Source: Bacteroidales bacterium
GTDB lineage: Bacteria > Bacteroidota > Bacteroidia > Bacteroidales > UBA7960
Length of the DNA: 40,522 bases
Reading direction: 5' to 3'
Assembly: GCA_007132585.1 (NCBI GenBank)
Contig: SLOJ01000220.1
Location: 1 to 40,522, forward strand
Below, one piece after another: positions 35,540 through 40,522 of the stretch. Position 1 is the stretch's first letter; every line of letters starts with the position of its first letter. Under the pieces are notes generated by a model. That model did not search any database. It worked only from the letters and a program-made list of their open reading frames with translations, and was not told the DNA's origin. The translations under genes and the position numbers were made by a program.

Positions 35540-36535
35540 TTAAGTTGTAACTCTTAGCCACGTATTTCTCAATAAAAAATCAAACCCTGCCAAAATGAGA
35601 GCCAATAAAATCAATGGTAAATATTCGTCAGTTTTTCTTGAAAATTCAATTACATCTATTTTGGAGCGTTCCAGTTGATCAATCTCTTTGTATATTTCAC
35701 TAAGTGCAGTTTGATTATCAGCCCAAAAGTAAATACCACCGGTCATTTCTGCTATTTCCTGCAAAAGGGCTTCATCGACAGGAATTTCCACTTCGCGATA
35801 TTGCTTACCAAAAGGTGTTTGAAATGGATAGGGGACCGGACCTGTACTTCCAACTCCCACGGTATATACCCTTATATTGTACATTTGAGCAATTTCTGCA
35901 GCAGTAAGCGGATCAATTGCTCCTGCATTATTTATACCATCGGTTAGCAAAATAACAACCTTGCTTATGGCATCACTTTCTCTTAATCTGTTAATGGCCG
36001 TGGCAAGACCATCACCAATGGCAGTACCATCTTCAACCATACCGGTATGCACACTTTTCAATAAATCTTTTAACAATACATGATCAGTAGTTAATGGCAC
36101 CATGGTAAAACTTTCCCCGCTAAAAATGGTTAAACCGATTCTATCGCCGGGGCGCATGTTCACGAATTCAATGGCAGTTTCTTTGGCAGCTTCCATCCTG
36201 TTGGGTTTAAAGTCTTCGGCAAGCATAGAGCCTGAAATATCAAGAGAAACGACAATATCAATACCCTCAATGGTAACATCGCGTGTTCGGGAAGTTGATT
36301 GTGGTCGGGCCAGCGCAACGATAAGCAGAGCAAAAACAAGTATTCTTAACACAAAAGGCAGGTGCAGAAAATATAACCGAAAGCTTTTATTTACATTCTT
36401 CATAAATCCCGAATGTGAATACTGCATCTCAGAATGCTGATATTTGTTTCGCCAGATGTAATATCCCACGAGTAAAGGAATTACCAGAAGAAAATAAAGA
36501 AACGGTTGATATGCAAATGTAATTTCGCTAAACAT
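35540..36535 (-). CDS. batA: BatA (VWA domain)
   Basis: 'ALARPQ', MIDAS 'DISGSM', 'DGTAIGDGLA', 'LLTDG'. Start is ATG 36535 or GTG 36541. Confidence 0.94.
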   Translation of the reverse strand: MFSEITFAYQPFLYFLLVIPLLVGYYIWRNKYQHSEMQYSHSGFMKNVNKSFRLYFLHLPFVLRILVFALLIVALARPQSTSRTRDVTIEGIDIVVSLDISGSMLAEDFKPNRMEAAKETAIEFVNMRPGDRIGLTIFSGESFTMVPLTTDHVLLKDLLKSVHTGMVEDGTAIGDGLATAINRLRESDAISKVVILLTDGINNAGAIDPLTAAEIAQMYNIRVYTVGVGSTGPVPYPFQTPFGKQYREVEIPVDEALLQEIAEMTGGIYFWADNQTALSEIYKEIDQLERSKIDVIEFSRKTDEYLPLILLALILAGFDFLLRNTWLRVTT

Positions 36536-36604
36536 TTTCACTATTCAGTTTACAAAAATTGATCTTTAAATAAAAATTCTTTGATGGCTTAATTTCTTAC
36601 CAAA

Positions 36605-37555
36605 TCAGTCACTATTTTTGGTTTCTTCTTCTCTGACCCGTGTAAGATTTACAAACTCAAAAGCACTTTCAAGTGATTTTTCATTTTCCTGGCCCCCGGG
36701 AGCGTGTTTGGCAAATTTCACAAGGTCTGCCAATTGTAAACATTCACTGAGTATTTCTTCAGATTCTTTTGATATTTGTTCGCTCCTGAATGATTCCATT
36801 ACTTCCGAACTTGTCATTTCCATGGCATTTATATTGAAACGTTTTTCAATATAATGCCGGAGAATATCGGTTAATTCACTGTGGTATTCCTTAATTTTAC
36901 CCTGTTGCCATAGTTTACGTGCTTTTAACTTTTCAAGGCTGCTTATTGCAGCGATATGAGCGGGTATATCGGGTTTTTCCCAGATAGTTGCAGGTTTTTC
37001 TACCGTTTTTCTTCGACGCAAATAAAGAAGAAGTGCTGTAATTACCAGTGCCAGAGCAATACTTCCCAAAGCCCAGGGTAATACCTCTCTGAAAGTCACT
37101 GGTGCTGAGATGATGGTTTTTATGTCTTTCAACTCTGTATATTCATCAATGAGAAATTCATCTACTTCAAGCAACAAAGGTTCACTTTCTGCTTCAAGGG
37201 TATCGGTAGCGGATAGGAATCGGAATATGATAGGCTCAATGGGATGAAATCCCTCTTCCCATGAAGTAACTGTTAAAGAGCGTCTAAAGTGTTTCTGGCT
37301 TTGCTCAGCAGCTTCAAGTGAATCCGTTTGGCCATGGTTGAGAATTTCAATAACAGGACTTATCTGTTCATTGAAAACGGGCATTTCCAGTTTCAAACTA
37401 TCCGGATATTTTATATCAAAAACAAGCTGCACCGGTTCACCCATGAAGATTTTCTGAGGCTCAATGCTGCTTGTTATCTGTTGTGCTTTTACTGATGGAT
37501 GCAATAAAAACAAAACAAGTAATAAAAGAATATATCTGAATTCAGGAATTTTCAT
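36605..37555 (-). CDS. Bat-operon single-pass membrane protein (conserved hypothetical between DUF58 and batA)
   Basis: Signal peptide, TM segment, 'EYHSELTDILRHYIE', 'EMTSSE', 'ADLVKFAK'. Confidence 0.85.
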   Translation of the reverse strand: MKIPEFRYILLLLVLFLLHPSVKAQQITSSIEPQKIFMGEPVQLVFDIKYPDSLKLEMPVFNEQISPVIEILNHGQTDSLEAAEQSQKHFRRSLTVTSWEEGFHPIEPIIFRFLSATDTLEAESEPLLLEVDEFLIDEYTELKDIKTIISAPVTFREVLPWALGSIALALVITALLLYLRRRKTVEKPATIWEKPDIPAHIAAISSLEKLKARKLWQQGKIKEYHSELTDILRHYIEKRFNINAMEMTSSEVMESFRSEQISKESEEILSECLQLADLVKFAKHAPGGQENEKSLESAFEFVNLTRVREEETKNSD

Positions 37556-37599
37556 ATTCCGATCATTTTTTCTCCGGGTAAAAAGTAATTATGCATGAA

Positions 37600-38469
37600 T
37601 TATTGAATACGTCTCTTAAATAAAGCTATCAATGGCGGAACATAGTCCTGCCCAGTGCTGATAGATGTAAGATCAACCGAAGCCTTGGTAAATGTATTTT
37701 TCAGGAACTTCTCATGGTTCATTTTCCATCTTTTAAGATTTTCCCTGAAACTTTTACTTGATGTATCTGCCCAGATCATTTTCCCGCTTTCTGCATCACG
37801 GATCTTCATCAAGCCAACAGCGGGTATTCCACTCTCCAGGGGATCGTAAATACGGATACCCACCAGATCATGTTTTTTTGCAACAATTGATAATGCATCA
37901 TCAAATCCTTTGTCCTGCATATCGGAAATAAGAAAAGCTACCGACTTTTTCTTGATAACATTTCTCATGTATTTAAGAGCTCCTGCAATATCAGTGCCTT
38001 GTTCAGCAGGTTTAAAGTCAATTAATTCTCTGATTATTCTCAAAATGTGAGTTGTTCCTTTTTTGGGAGGAATAAACTTTTCTATGGTGCTGCTAAAAAA
38101 AATCACACCTACTTTATCATTATTATTTATGGCAGAAAAAGCAAGTACCGCAGCTATTTCGGTGATCATTTCCTCTTTAAGTTGTTTTTGAGAACCGAAT
38201 TCATTGGATCCGCTCACATCAATCAGCAGCATTACAGTAAGCTCACGTTCTTCTTCAAAAACTTTCACATATGGGTGATTGAACCGAGCTGTTACATTCC
38301 AGTCAATTGATCTTATATCATCACCAAACTGATATTCGCGTACTTCAGTAAAAGCCATTCCTCGGCCCTTGAAAGCGCTTTGATAGTTTCCGGCAAAGAC
38401 CTGGTTGGAAATACCCCTGGTTTTTATTTCAATTTTCCGTACCTTTTTTATCAGTTCTTTGGTTTCCAT
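37600..38469 (-). CDS. DUF58 family protein (VWA-like)
   Basis: 'FKGRGMAFTEVREYQFGDDIRSIDWNVTAR', 'DVSGS'. Confidence 0.95.
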   Translation of the reverse strand: METKELIKKVRKIEIKTRGISNQVFAGNYQSAFKGRGMAFTEVREYQFGDDIRSIDWNVTARFNHPYVKVFEEERELTVMLLIDVSGSNEFGSQKQLKEEMITEIAAVLAFSAINNNDKVGVIFFSSTIEKFIPPKKGTTHILRIIRELIDFKPAEQGTDIAGALKYMRNVIKKKSVAFLISDMQDKGFDDALSIVAKKHDLVGIRIYDPLESGIPAVGLMKIRDAESGKMIWADTSSKSFRENLKRWKMNHEKFLKNTFTKASVDLTSISTGQDYVPPLIALFKRRIQ

Positions 38470-38473
38470 ATGA

Positions 38474-39457
<984 letters not shown>

Positions 39458-39491
39458 AATTGTTATTGAGTTATTTTGTGAAGATGTGCTG

Positions 39492-39499
39492 CAAAAATA
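39492..39499 (-). promoter_or_regulatory. Candidate -7 element of the moxR-bat operon
   Basis: TATTTTTG(C) on the minus strand, 35 nt upstream of the moxR ATG. Confidence 0.6.
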
Positions 39500-39837
39500 G
39501 GTTTTGCATAGCCTAAACAGATTTTTTTATAGTTAATATATGTTAAAGTTACGGTTAAAAAATTTAAGTGAAATATTTCTAAAAATATTGGTAATAATAT
39601 CGTATACATTAATTATGATTTTAAATTAGATGAAATTGAAAAGTACCTTCATTCAAAAAAAGTTGAAAATCTTTCCCTGGCTGGAATAAACAGAAATATT
39701 TATATAATCAGTTTAACGGAAAATATTTTTCAGAATCACAAAAGGTGAATGCATTATAAGTAAATTTCTAATCACAGATGATTAGATTTAGTAAATTAGC
39801 AAAGAATTAAAAATGTAACACAAAAAAAAACTTTCAA

Positions 39838-40452
39838 ATGATGAAAAAAATTTTACCCCATCTTGCTTTTGCTTTAACACTGTTGATTTTTGCAAACTGC
39901 GGCCAGCGGCAACCCACATCTGAAGAAACAACACTTCCCGAAACCGAAAATCTGGAATCCGAAGTGCATCAGGCATTTTTTGATAATCTGAGAACACTGT
40001 GCGGACAATCCTTTAAAGGAGAGCAGGTATACAGAAGCCATCATGGCGAAAGCTGGGCCGGCCGCGAAATGATCATGCATGTTAGTGTTTGCGAGAACAA
40101 TCAAATACACATTCCTTTTCATGTGGATGATGATCACTCACGAACCTGGATGTTTTTGAATGAAGAAGGTAAGCTAAGGTTCAGGCATCAACATTTACAT
40201 GATGATGGTACCCATGAAGAAGGATCAATGTATGGAGGATATGCCAATGACCAGGGTAATGCATTTGTGCAATATTTTCCTGCTGATGAATATACAGCAC
40301 AGGTTATTGAAGATGGTGGTGGAAATATATGGACTGTAAGTTTATTAAATCCAAATCCTCCGTATGATGTTATGACTGTTTTTTCTTACAGACTTGATCG
40401 TGATGGTGAAAAACGTTTTGAAATTGTTTTTGACATTACAAACCCCATCTGA
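39838..40452 (+). CDS. Hypothetical lipoprotein
   Basis: Signal peptide with lipobox-like 'FANC'; 'LCG', 'SRTW', His-rich 'RHQHLHDDG', 'MYGG'. Confidence 0.75.
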   Translation: MMKKILPHLAFALTLLIFANCGQRQPTSEETTLPETENLESEVHQAFFDNLRTLCGQSFKGEQVYRSHHGESWAGREMIMHVSVCENNQIHIPFHVDDDHSRTWMFLNEEGKLRFRHQHLHDDGTHEEGSMYGGYANDQGNAFVQYFPADEYTAQVIEDGGGNIWTVSLLNPNPPYDVMTVFSYRLDRDGEKRFEIVFDITNPI

Positions 40453-40522
40453 AAAAGATAGTTTTCGTTGAGATAATTGAGTGAGATAAATATTTCAATC
40501 TGTAAACCAATGATTTATAAAA

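Overview
AT-rich chromosomal segment, most likely from an anaerobic Bacteroidota (Bacteroidales-like) organism. The evidence is a complete moxR-DUF58-batABCDE operon, a split 5'-nucleotidase, dnaA without dnaN, and TAnnTTTG promoter elements. Housekeeping genes lie at left (dnaA, 5'-nucleotidase pair, yigZ, EamA, ribD) and right (porin, TlpA, putP, bat operon). The centre (about 6.4-26.4 kb) is a large [FeFe]-hydrogenase-related signalling island with two divergent arms. Left arm: hfsA-like ferredoxin, PAS-containing group C hydrogenase-like protein and SpoIIE phosphatase, followed by an ArcB-like PAS/HK/REC/Hpt kinase. Right arm: hydC-hydB-hydA-like genes, a hydrogenase-histidine kinase fusion, a single-domain receiver, a REC-kinase and rex, then a ribF with a decayed kinase domain, a PhnP-like gene, hydG, two TM1266-like genes and an Rrf2 regulator. 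Two of the three H-domains appear to be pseudo-hydrogenases. The HydA has K358->N and a remodelled diiron pocket, and the PAS protein lacks that Lys and one H-cluster Cys. The HydB has altered FMN/NAD loops. Only the kinase-fused H-domain keeps all cluster-binding motifs. I infer an H2/redox-sensing signalling module built partly from catalytically degenerate hydrogenase subunits. All assignments come from reading motifs by eye; no database searches were run.
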